Below are positions 31,641-41,048 of a DNA stretch of 64,000 nucleotides, piece by piece. Positions within the stretch are counted from its first letter, which is position 1; every line of letters starts with the position of its first letter. The position numbers and the translations under genes were made by a program. Below the pieces are notes generated by a model. The model was not told the origin of the DNA, ran no database searches, and was given only the letters and a program-made list of their open reading frames with translations. The stretch comes from a virus (lineage: Duplodnaviria; Heunggongvirae; Uroviricota; Caudoviricetes): IMG/VR virus record IMGVR_UViG_3300032093_000003. One strand, given 5' to 3'.

Positions 31641-33392
31641 ATGCAGAAAAATATACCAGAAGTAGAAGCCAGAGAAATATTATCTGTTTATGATGGGTTT
31701 AATAACCAACTTTTAGAGTGGAAAGATAAATTTGTAAATGTTAAAAATTTCAAATTAACTAGACCACAATCTGATTATGTATTAAAATATCATACGGTTA
31801 AACCTAAAGTTGCTAGAAAATATCTGAATTTAGTACCAAGTTTTGGTGAAAAAATCAGAGAAGATAAATTATTACCAAAAGTACCTGAAAAGATTTGGTG
31901 TGAAAAATTATTGTGTGAGACAGATAAAGCATATCACATTTGGGGTAAGATTTTAGACACTGAACAAAACCACGCAATGTGGTTACCAAAAGGGGCAATA
32001 CTACAAGAAGAGAAAAAATTAGATAGAATCATTGATTACTCAAAATATGAAAAAAGACCACCATTAGAACATCAAAAAGTGGCGATCGAAAAATTATTGG
32101 CCAACAATAAATTTATTCTTGCGGATGATATGGGATTAGGTAAAACAACATCTGCTGTCATCGCTTCTTTGGAGTCTGAAGCAAAAAAGATTTTAATTGT
32201 TTGTCCGGCTTCACTTAAAATAAATTGGGAGAGAGAAATAAGAAATTATAGTGATAGAAAAATATTAATTGTTGAGGGTAGGAAGTGGGGTTCTACTTTT
32301 GATTATTATATTATAAATTACGATATAATCAAAAACTATCACACAACGGATAATAGTGAAGATAGTGAAGATTATAAATTATTGGTTAACGCAGGATTTG
32401 ACCTTGCAATCGTCGATGAAGCACACTATATTTCAAACAATACAGCACAAAGAACAAGATTGTTAAATGACGTTTTAAGTAAGATACCTAAAGTATGGTT
32501 ATTAACAGGCACACCAATGACATCAAGACCAATTAACTATTATAATCTTTTAAAGATTGTGGAATCCCCATTAACTTTAAATTGGCAACATTATGTTTAC
32601 AGATATTGTAAGGGGTATCAATTCAGGGTTGGTAATAGAAAAGTGTGGAATACAAGTGGCGCTAGTAATTTAGACGAATTACGTGAAAGAACTAAGAATA
32701 TTGTTTTAAGAAGAATGAAAACCGATATTCTTGATCTACCTGAAAAGATAATAACACCCGTTTTCTTGGATTTAAAAAGTACTTTTTATAATGAAGAGTT
32801 AGAAGAATTCATGAGAATATCTAAAGAAAATAAAAAAGAAGAAAGTCTGAGTGTCACGATTAATCGTCTAATGAAAGTTAGACAAATTATCGCACAAGAA
32901 AAAGTACCATACACTTGTGAGTTAATTGACAAATTTATTGAACAAGATAAGAAAGTAATTGTCTTTACTAATTTCACAAGTACATTAGAACTGTTACAAG
33001 AAAAATACAAGAAAAATTCTGTAATATTAGACGGTCGTATGTCTAAACAAAAAAGACAGGAAAGTGTGGATAGATTTCAAAATGAAAGTAAAATAAAAGT
33101 TTTTATTTCTAACATTGTTGCCGGTGGTGTTGGGATCACATTAACTGCGGCTGAAGGGGTTATTATGAATGATCTTTCTTTTGTTCCCGCTCACCATTCA
33201 CAGGCGGAAGATAGGGCGTACAGATACGGACAAAAAAATAGTGTTCTCGTATATTATCCAATATTTGAAAACACTATTGAAATGATAATATATAATATCT
33301 TAAATAAAAAGAAGGGTATTATTGATCAGGTAATGGGTGACGGTGAATATTCTGAAAACTTCAGTACTGAATTATTGAATAATATTCTTTAA
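31641..33392 (+). CDS. SNF2/HARP-like helicase
   Basis: 'ADDMGLGKT', 'IVCPASL', 'DEAH', 'LTGTP', 'GGVGITLT', 'QAEDRAYRYGQ'. Confidence 0.92.
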   Translation: MQKNIPEVEAREILSVYDGFNNQLLEWKDKFVNVKNFKLTRPQSDYVLKYHTVKPKVARKYLNLVPSFGEKIREDKLLPKVPEKIWCEKLLCETDKAYHIWGKILDTEQNHAMWLPKGAILQEEKKLDRIIDYSKYEKRPPLEHQKVAIEKLLANNKFILADDMGLGKTTSAVIASLESEAKKILIVCPASLKINWEREIRNYSDRKILIVEGRKWGSTFDYYIINYDIIKNYHTTDNSEDSEDYKLLVNAGFDLAIVDEAHYISNNTAQRTRLLNDVLSKIPKVWLLTGTPMTSRPINYYNLLKIVESPLTLNWQHYVYRYCKGYQFRVGNRKVWNTSGASNLDELRERTKNIVLRRMKTDILDLPEKIITPVFLDLKSTFYNEELEEFMRISKENKKEESLSVTINRLMKVRQIIAQEKVPYTCELIDKFIEQDKKVIVFTNFTSTLELLQEKYKKNSVILDGRMSKQKRQESVDRFQNESKIKVFISNIVAGGVGITLTAAEGVIMNDLSFVPAHHSQAEDRAYRYGQKNSVLVYYPIFENTIEMIIYNILNKKKGIIDQVMGDGEYSENFSTELLNNIL

Positions 33393-33581
33393 TTCTTCAA
33401 TTTTTTCATCTAACAATTTTACAAAGTTTTTATCTTCATTATTTGAAAAATTTACAATAATTTCTTTTTTAGGTTCTAAAGTGTGATTTATAAAATTATT
33501 CTCACCTTCTCTTTGTAAAATAAAATCAAAATTATTTATTACACATATCCTAAATAGTTCGTCTATTTTTTTATCTATCAT
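33372..33581 (-). CDS. Hypothetical protein
   Basis: Probable start MIDKKIDELF (33581), coupled to the stop of the upstream ORF. Confidence 0.55.
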   Translation of the reverse strand: MIDKKIDELFRICVINNFDFILQREGENNFINHTLEPKKEIIVNFSNNEDKNFVKLLDEKIEELKNIIQ

Positions 33582-34461
33582 ATATTTTTTCTTTATATAA
33601 TAATTTTTTAGGAAAATAAACACCATTGTTTTTTATTTCAATTTTTGATTTATTATTTTCAAAAATAACAATTCTTTTACCGATACATACGAAAACGTAA
33701 TAGTTACATTTTGATGTCTGACTTACACTAACATCAAGAAAATAATAATCGTCATGTTCCTCAATATTACATATACTTTTTATTTGATGTGTTGTTTTTT
33801 TTGATTGATGATTTAACCACAGATCAATACCTTCTTTTCTATCATTATAATCACCTCTACCTTTTGTTGAAACATAATTTACGATATCGTCAAAAAAATC
33901 ATTAATGTTTTCTTCATAAAATTTTTGTGCTTTATCACCAATACCCATCGTTTTATTAAATAATTCAATCAATTCATGGTACATAGGAGAACCTATAAGA
34001 AAAATATCGTTTTTCTTATATTTAACAATTTTTAAAAATTTTTTTATTTTTTCTATAGTTTCACTTTCAGTGTCGTTAATATTAAAAATTATTTGATTTT
34101 TATATGAAAAAATCTCATTATCAATTATAATTTCTTCAATACCTTTTACCCTATAAAGATTAACTAAAAATTTATTACACCTATTAGCAATTATTGTATG
34201 ACAACTGTAATTTGTATCTGCTTGCATTAATGGCGACCATTCATTATTTATTATAACACCAATATCTTTTTTTTCTGATTTCGGGTTCTGTTTCCACATA
34301 CCCAATGGTTCATAAATTTCTCTTAAAATTTTATTTATCTCCTCTCTTAAAAATAATTTTATTCTATTATTTCTTTGCCAACTTTTAGAAATTTCGTCAT
34401 TTAATGACATTTTTAAAAGAGGATCGATTTTTAATGTTTTTAATCTTTCTTGTAATGTCAT
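33571..34461 (-). CDS. Putative PD-(D/E)XK nuclease-like protein
   Basis: 'GDKAQ...NDRKEGIDLWL...THQIKS' pattern. Start moved to MTLQERLK (34461); the track's 5' extension is antisense to the neck gene. Confidence 0.5.
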   Translation of the reverse strand: MTLQERLKTLKIDPLLKMSLNDEISKSWQRNNRIKLFLREEINKILREIYEPLGMWKQNPKSEKKDIGVIINNEWSPLMQADTNYSCHTIIANRCNKFLVNLYRVKGIEEIIIDNEIFSYKNQIIFNINDTESETIEKIKKFLKIVKYKKNDIFLIGSPMYHELIELFNKTMGIGDKAQKFYEENINDFFDDIVNYVSTKGRGDYNDRKEGIDLWLNHQSKKTTHQIKSICNIEEHDDYYFLDVSVSQTSKCNYYVFVCIGKRIVIFENNKSKIEIKNNGVYFPKKLLYKEKIYDR

Positions 34462-34501
34462 AATACCGAAATATAAGATATTTATAGTAAATAAACAAAT
34501 T

Positions 34502-35620
34502 ATGGCGGCGACTATTATAACACCGGAAGAAAAAGACAAATTATTTACCCAAGTTTTACACCTTTTAGGTATGCCAGTTAGAGGAGTAGAGTTAACTGAA
34601 GAACAAATGGATAGTTTTTTACAGCTGGCGATATCAGAATATGAGCAATATGTAAACGATTGGTTAATCGAATCACAATGGTCTGCATTGGCTAATTTGG
34701 ACGTTGATAACAACTCATTAACAAGGGCATTTACAAATAGAAGTTTAGATTATGAAACTCAATACACTTACGCATATTCAAAGATAGTGGGGTTACAAGC
34801 AAACGGTCCATGGGAACTTAAAAAAGATTATTTTGATTTAGTACAAAATCAACAAACATATGTAATCCCCGCAGGACGTGAAATTAATGAATTATTATGG
34901 TTTACAAGGGCCACATTAACCGACTCTATTGTTGACCCATTTTTAGGTGGTTTTGGTGGTCTTGGGGGTGTTGCATTTGGTGGTGTCGGGGGTTTCGCAC
35001 AAGTAGGTGCGTCAGGTTCTTATTTCTTATTACCCGCGTTTGACCTATTATTAAGAATGGGTGATAGGAATTTAAAAAATAGATTAATTGGTGGTGATTT
35101 AACATATAGAATAACTGCAGGTCCAAATGGAACTAAAATAGTACACTTACTTAATGTACCGGGTGGTAAATTTGATTTTGGATCAATAAATAAAAATACA
35201 AGAGTTTGGTATTGGTATTATGATGCCGGTGACAATAGAGATGAATGTTTAGAGAAAAACAAAGATATTATCAGATTACCTTCAGATGTTATGACCGATC
35301 CATTAACTTGGGATGATCTTAATAAACCTTCACAAAACTGGGTTAGAAAATATTTTATTGGTTATTGTAAAGAAGGTTTGGCAAGAATTTGGGGTAAATT
35401 CTCAGGTGACCTTAAAGTTCCTGATAGTGAGGTTAAATTAGATTACTCTTCATTACTTACAGAAGGTAAAGACGAAAGATTAAAACTTGTTGAAGAATTA
35501 ATGGCACGTTTAGAAAGACTCCGCCCCGAAAAACTTTTAGAAAGAAAGAAAAACGAGGCGGAATTCCTTAATGGTTCATTGAAATTTAGAGCAATGCCAA
35601 GTCCGATCAATATTATCTAA
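34502..35620 (+). CDS. Neck protein (gp13-like head-tail adaptor)
   Basis: 'LLGMPVRGVELTEEQMDSFLQLAISEY', 'LARIWGKF'; GATATTTATA upstream. Confidence 0.75.
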   Translation: MAATIITPEEKDKLFTQVLHLLGMPVRGVELTEEQMDSFLQLAISEYEQYVNDWLIESQWSALANLDVDNNSLTRAFTNRSLDYETQYTYAYSKIVGLQANGPWELKKDYFDLVQNQQTYVIPAGREINELLWFTRATLTDSIVDPFLGGFGGLGGVAFGGVGGFAQVGASGSYFLLPAFDLLLRMGDRNLKNRLIGGDLTYRITAGPNGTKIVHLLNVPGGKFDFGSINKNTRVWYWYYDAGDNRDECLEKNKDIIRLPSDVMTDPLTWDDLNKPSQNWVRKYFIGYCKEGLARIWGKFSGDLKVPDSEVKLDYSSLLTEGKDERLKLVEELMARLERLRPEKLLERKKNEAEFLNGSLKFRAMPSPINII

Positions 35621-38514
35621 ACATGATCTGCGTGGTATGCAAAATCATTACCATTCGTTTCAATTATTTCATCTTCATTACTTATAACAGAGTTTTCTTG
35701 TAATGAAACAACTTTTCTATTGTGATCAACCCAATATTGATCAACTAAACTTAAACTATCTTCCACATACATAAAATAAGGGTCACGATTAACTCTATTC
35801 CAAAATATCACCTCACTATCTGAAAGTGTCATAACTTCATCAAAATTATCTTGACCACCTTCTTTTAATGGATGTCCACTGATTAATTCACATTGTGATT
35901 TTGTAAAGTATTGACGATCTTTTGGGTCTTCTATTAATATATCTTCCCTTATCTCAGGTTTAAACACAACTAATAAAGGTTCTATTCTTTTATTAAAATT
36001 ATTAAGATAACGAGGCACATTATAATCACCGGTCATGTCGGGATTATTTTGAATATCTTTTTCTGATATCATGTAGCAATTAACTTCTATGAAATCGTTC
36101 GGCATTTCTACACCATGTTTTTGTAGGTATTCTTCTTGTTGTTTTTTAGTTGGTTTACTTATTTTTTGTACATCACCCGAAGACTTTTTAAGACCATTGT
36201 TGATGTAATATATTGTTTCACCCAAACCGGCAGGATAGTTATTTTGAATAACTAATTCCATATGAGCTTGTCTTGACATCAGTGATCCTGCCTTAGTTGT
36301 TTTCTTTATGTGTTTTTTATAATCTTCCACATTTTGTTTTACACGTGATTTGTTTGCTATTTTAGATAGTGGAATTTCTTTATTATATATCTTTTCAACG
36401 TATGAATAGTATAATTCAACAAATGAATGTCCATCACCATTTAACAAATATTTTAAACCTTCATCTAAAAACTCAACAATATACTGTTGTAATTTTTTTG
36501 ATTTAATCGTATTACCTGTTAATTTTATTTTTTCCTTACCTTTCTTAATTAATTTAATGATGTAATTCTTTCTTGAAACATTGATACAAGATGGGGCAAC
36601 ATAATCAATATCTAACCCCATCTCATTTCTCATAAAAATATCATTAAACTCGGCAGTATCCGCTTCAATACCTTTATACTCTTTTCCTTCTGTAACTAAT
36701 TCATTTAATCCTTTACCGACATAAATATGTTTGTCAATATCTTCAGGTGTTTCAAAGTTAACACCATCAGTGTCCATTACAAGTGGTTTATAACCTTTCT
36801 TCATAAAGAACATAATCATCATACGAAGACATTGTCTACCCACACATGTAATAGTTTCACCCATATTCATATCACCCCACGGAAATACTTGTGGTGCAGA
36901 TAATGAACCAAAATATGCATTGATGAAAATTTTAATAGGTAATTGTTTCCTATCATACATTTCCGCCTCAACAGGATTTGTTTTAGAAAGTTCACCGGCA
37001 AGTCTTTTATATTTGATACGAATATTACGGAAATATTTCAACATTGATTTCTGTACACCCATAACATCGCAATCGGGAAACACATCATATACAAGTTGAA
37101 TTGATGGATAAAGAGATGCATAGTCAAATTTAACAATGTTCTTCGCATAACCTACATTTAATAATCTTGATAACCCACCTGTAATTGCCCTCTTTTCATC
37201 TTTTTCAGGTATTGCCAAATTATTTTCATAAGACCATGCCAACATTATTATTTTCCATAATGTTGCTGTACCCATTGTTGCAACTCTCTCATAAGTGGTA
37301 GGTACTAATTTAGAAAGTAAAAATGTAGACTGACTAAAAGAATCATCAACAATCATCGTTTCATAAAGATCATCATCCAAGTATTGTTCTACAATTCTTT
37401 TACCTGACCATATTTCATATTTACCAGGATATTTTTCCAATAGTCCTTCAGTACCTTTCTCACCAATTTTTTTATATTTTCCCGTTTTTGGATTTACGTA
37501 GTATAATTCATTATCTAAGTAAATTTTGGAAATAAATGGACCGTCAACATAAACACGATTTTCTTTTTCCTTTTCGAGATATTTTGTTATATATTTTAAA
37601 CCCCAAGATTTGATTTCTGAGTTTATCGCCTGAGCTCTTCTTACAGAATGTGCAATATCAATAATATTGAAACCCCAAATGATATGTTGGGTATATGGTT
37701 CGATTTCATTAGCGAGTTTTAATATACCTTCTTTTTCTTTTATTCCCTGTGAGGTTAAAATACTTGTCAACCCTTCAACATTAACACCAAGTATTTCCGC
37801 CCTTTTAAGTATAAACGGAAAGTCAAATGAAGCTGAATTGTATCCACCAATTATTGTTGGTTTTAATTCTTTTATTGTTTTAAAAAACTCTTCGATACAT
37901 CTTTTCTCACCATCATCACCGAAAGCGTCGATTGTTTTAACTAAACCACGATTATCCTTCATACCAATTAAGATTATCTTATTGGTTTCAGGTTCAAGAC
38001 CTGTGGTTTCAATATCAAATACAAGTCTATGTACACCACTATAATCATCGATACCCTTAAACAATCTTTTTTTCTTTTGAATAAGATATTGTTCAACAGG
38101 TGATAATATTGTGAAATATTTTTTAGTTTCATCACCCCAAGGATTTAACCCACCAAACCTAAAAAAATTAATTAATTCTGTATAACCTTTAATACTCTTA
38201 ACAAGAAACTTCATTCCGTTTTCTAATCGTTCATTACCGTGAGTTTCTAATTTTTCGATAATAATACCAAATTCACCCATTTTTTTCTTTTGAGTCATTT
38301 TACTATTACCGTAAAAATTTAATCCATTTAGATCTGAAACCCACAAAAATGGTGTGAACGTGTCGGGAACAACAACTTTACCCTTTTGGGGGTCTTGTAT
38401 AATTTTATAAATTTTATTTGTGGGATAATCGTATTCTACACCAACGATAAATTCTTCGGGATCTGCACCGTTTAGGAAGCTCTCGATAACTTCCTGAGAG
38501 ATAACATCTTTCAT
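35617..38514 (-). CDS. polB: DNA polymerase family B
   Basis: Exonuclease motifs 'FDIETTG' and 'GYNSASFDFPF'; polymerase motifs 'DYASLYPS', 'KIFINAYFG', 'MDTDG'. Confidence 0.93.
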   Translation of the reverse strand: MKDVISQEVIESFLNGADPEEFIVGVEYDYPTNKIYKIIQDPQKGKVVVPDTFTPFLWVSDLNGLNFYGNSKMTQKKKMGEFGIIIEKLETHGNERLENGMKFLVKSIKGYTELINFFRFGGLNPWGDETKKYFTILSPVEQYLIQKKKRLFKGIDDYSGVHRLVFDIETTGLEPETNKIILIGMKDNRGLVKTIDAFGDDGEKRCIEEFFKTIKELKPTIIGGYNSASFDFPFILKRAEILGVNVEGLTSILTSQGIKEKEGILKLANEIEPYTQHIIWGFNIIDIAHSVRRAQAINSEIKSWGLKYITKYLEKEKENRVYVDGPFISKIYLDNELYYVNPKTGKYKKIGEKGTEGLLEKYPGKYEIWSGKRIVEQYLDDDLYETMIVDDSFSQSTFLLSKLVPTTYERVATMGTATLWKIIMLAWSYENNLAIPEKDEKRAITGGLSRLLNVGYAKNIVKFDYASLYPSIQLVYDVFPDCDVMGVQKSMLKYFRNIRIKYKRLAGELSKTNPVEAEMYDRKQLPIKIFINAYFGSLSAPQVFPWGDMNMGETITCVGRQCLRMMIMFFMKKGYKPLVMDTDGVNFETPEDIDKHIYVGKGLNELVTEGKEYKGIEADTAEFNDIFMRNEMGLDIDYVAPSCINVSRKNYIIKLIKKGKEKIKLTGNTIKSKKLQQYIVEFLDEGLKYLLNGDGHSFVELYYSYVEKIYNKEIPLSKIANKSRVKQNVEDYKKHIKKTTKAGSLMSRQAHMELVIQNNYPAGLGETIYYINNGLKKSSGDVQKISKPTKKQQEEYLQKHGVEMPNDFIEVNCYMISEKDIQNNPDMTGDYNVPRYLNNFNKRIEPLLVVFKPEIREDILIEDPKDRQYFTKSQCELISGHPLKEGGQDNFDEVMTLSDSEVIFWNRVNRDPYFMYVEDSLSLVDQYWVDHNRKVVSLQENSVISNEDEIIETNGNDFAYHADHV

Positions 38515-38529
38515 TATTATATTTTTAAA

Positions 38530-38559
38530 TGTGACACATTAGCTTACCGAAAATCGGTA
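38530..38559. promoter_or_regulatory. Two inverted repeats in the polymerase 5' leader (ATGTGACACAT; TACCGA-AAA-TCGGTA)
   Basis: Seen directly, 16-45 nt upstream of the polB ATG. Confidence 0.4.
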
Positions 38560-38603
38560 GTTTGTCTTAACATTAATAAATATAATAAAAATTTTACCCT
38601 AAA

Positions 38604-38972
38604 TCAAAAAATGTTGATAAATAGTTTTTCTTTTAACGGAACAATTAATTTTGTTGTTGGATTCGAATTTGTGTCTAAAAATTGAATGGTAACAATTCCT
38701 TCAAATTTACCTTTTACAGATGTACCTTCTTCTGTAAATCTATATGTAATATAATATTCATCGGTTGTTTGGTCGTATTTCTTGGTTCTTGTGGTTATTA
38801 AACACTGACCATTTAAAATTTGAGGTTCTTCTGTTTTAAAATCATACATATCAAATGTGATATTTGAATTTTCTAACATATCATTAAAAGATGACTTGTC
38901 GTTTTTACCATCATCAATTAATCTTAATTTTAAAATTGGTTCAGTTGCTCCCTGTCTTATATTAAATTCCAT
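38604..38972 (-). CDS. Hypothetical, BppU N-terminal-like beta-sandwich protein
   Basis: 'FNIRQGATEPILKLRL...Y...GKFEGIVTI' pattern. Confidence 0.5.
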   Translation of the reverse strand: MEFNIRQGATEPILKLRLIDDGKNDKSSFNDMLENSNITFDMYDFKTEEPQILNGQCLITTRTKKYDQTTDEYYITYRFTEEGTSVKGKFEGIVTIQFLDTNSNPTTKLIVPLKEKLFINIF

Positions 38973-38994
38973 ATAGGTTTATTTTATAAATATT

Positions 38995-39624
38995 TTACTT
39001 TTGAAAGTATTTCTCAATTCTTTTACTTAATCTAACTCTCGGGTCGTTTATATTTCTACCAAGATCCTCATATTTCAAAATAAATCCGAAACTCAAAAAA
39101 ACTCTTCTTGAATTAAATTCATTTGTCCAGTGTTTATAAAGAGAAGCTTCAAATCCATATAAATCTGTTTCTTGAATTTTTATTGATTCCCTATCAATAA
39201 AAAAATCATAATCCTCAGATAATACACTTATATTACATTTGTAATTAACATAACCATCAATTGACGCATCATAATGTGGATTTATTTTTCCACCTTTATT
39301 CATGTCTACAGCCTGTAAAAAAATATTGTCTTTTGGGAAATTAAATTCTTCAGATATTCTATCTATTATTTTATAGATAAAATCAGGTAAAGGTTCTTTT
39401 GAAACGTCAGATATTGATTGAAATTTTGTGATGTAATTTGTTAAATAGGTATTTGAAATATCGAATATACAAGATTTACCCTTTAATGTTTTTGAAAGTT
39501 CAGTGAGATGGTAATTACTATCATTACCTATATGATTGACAGAATCCAACCAGTTAATTATCTGATTGGATTCGTCCTTTGTGATAAAGTTTTTTTTTAT
39601 TTTATAACAATCCGTATTTTCCAA
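38995..39624 (-). CDS. 2OG-Fe(II) oxygenase superfamily protein
   Basis: HxD 'PHYD', distal His 'KHW', 2OG-binding Arg in 'RRVFLSFGF'. Confidence 0.8.
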   Translation of the reverse strand: MENTDCYKIKKNFITKDESNQIINWLDSVNHIGNDSNYHLTELSKTLKGKSCIFDISNTYLTNYITKFQSISDVSKEPLPDFIYKIIDRISEEFNFPKDNIFLQAVDMNKGGKINPHYDASIDGYVNYKCNISVLSEDYDFFIDRESIKIQETDLYGFEASLYKHWTNEFNSRRVFLSFGFILKYEDLGRNINDPRVRLSKRIEKYFQK

Positions 39625-39862
39625 TTTTTTTAAGATTATGTTTTTCCAAAAATTCTTTTGGATTCATCGCTTCAATTATTGTTAATTCAGCAGAACTAAT
39701 CATTTCTTGTGCTTTATTTTCGGGTATCGCCATAACACACATTTTATGTGTTGCGGGTGATTCTCCGGTTGGTGATAAATCTATGTTTAAGATGTTATCA
39801 TTTTTCATTTTTTCTCTAACTTGTGAAAGTTTAGATACTTCACATAATATACAGATTCTCAT
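39602..39862 (-). CDS. Hypothetical protein
   Basis: 86 aa ORF overlapping the oxygenase start. Confidence 0.65.
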   Translation of the reverse strand: MRICILCEVSKLSQVREKMKNDNILNIDLSPTGESPATHKMCVMAIPENKAQEMISSAELTIIEAMNPKEFLEKHNLKKIGKYGLL

Positions 39863-39888
39863 ATTATTTATTTTTTATTTTTTATTTC

Positions 39889-41046
39889 TTAATTATACAC
39901 TCTTATTTCTATTGATTCTATCGCATCTTGACCAATATCAATATAGTCTCCAACATTTACAATTCCATCATTAAAGACTAACTGAACTTCGTTATTTGAT
40001 ATTCTAACTCCTCCAGGAAATCCTGTATTTCCATTAAGACCATCATGAGTATAAATTATGAATGTTTTATTCTCAGGAAAAGCGTTACTTAAAGTACCCA
40101 AATAATATCCGACATTATTTCTTGTCCAAACTATATCACCAATAGTATTTTCTAAAACAGTAACAACAGGGTCAGTTATTCCAGATTGTCTTAATAAAGC
40201 AGTGTACACTTTATATTTAGGTCCATATGCCGTTGATTGTACCGTATCATCAGGGAAGGTTAGACCTGTAGTAGAAAAACTCCAAGCCGTCCCAACTCCA
40301 TCTGAGAAGTTAATGTTTACGTTTGTCGGATTGGCAACCACTGCACTACCTGGTGCGGATGGTCCACTACTTATTAAGTCGGGAATTGCGGTAGTCTGAA
40401 TAGATCCGTCGGGAAACTCTAAAGATCCGTCTGCACCGAAGGTCCAGTTACTAGCAGTTATTGCTCCGCCAATATAAGTTGATGAAGTTGTTAAAAAATC
40501 ACCTCCTGGTAGAAAGTAGTTACCTACTCCTCCATCTCCTTGTGGTGTTAGTACAGTACCAAATTGTAAAGTATAACCGCCAAGTATTCCAGGACCGTAT
40601 ATTGTCATACCATCTGTAATCGTACCGTTAATCATATCGGTAACATGTAGTGTTGCTCCTGGACCATCACCATATCCATTATCAATGTATCCTATAAATT
40701 CAACTTCTGCATCGGTTGTTTTTATTTGTACCTTATTTAATGAATCGCTTATTAATAGATTATTATTTTCACCACCAATTATTAAATCAGCGTTACTCTG
40801 ATCAATAGTACCTCCGGCTCTAATGTGAATGTGATTAGGACCGGTTGGATCTAAAACAACGTAACGATTATCATCGGTACTTGCGTCAGGTTTTAGGATA
40901 AGTGTAGTCAATCCTGAACCATCACCCGAACTTTCAGGTATTGATTCTATTTGACTACCTTCAGGAAAATTAAGAGGACTTGTTAAATTTATTTGAGGTA
41001 TTGTTTGTCCCGATACGTTATTTACAATATATTTTGTTGTTGCCAT
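39889..41046 (-). CDS. Putative tail fibre / virion appendage protein
   Basis: G/T/S/D-rich beta protein with repeated 'WTFGADGSLEFPDGSIQTTA' / 'WSFSTTGLTFPDDTVQSTA' fibre-like units. Confidence 0.65.
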   Translation of the reverse strand: MATTKYIVNNVSGQTIPQINLTSPLNFPEGSQIESIPESSGDGSGLTTLILKPDASTDDNRYVVLDPTGPNHIHIRAGGTIDQSNADLIIGGENNNLLISDSLNKVQIKTTDAEVEFIGYIDNGYGDGPGATLHVTDMINGTITDGMTIYGPGILGGYTLQFGTVLTPQGDGGVGNYFLPGGDFLTTSSTYIGGAITASNWTFGADGSLEFPDGSIQTTAIPDLISSGPSAPGSAVVANPTNVNINFSDGVGTAWSFSTTGLTFPDDTVQSTAYGPKYKVYTALLRQSGITDPVVTVLENTIGDIVWTRNNVGYYLGTLSNAFPENKTFIIYTHDGLNGNTGFPGGVRISNNEVQLVFNDGIVNVGDYIDIGQDAIESIEIRVYN

Positions 41047-41048
41047 TT

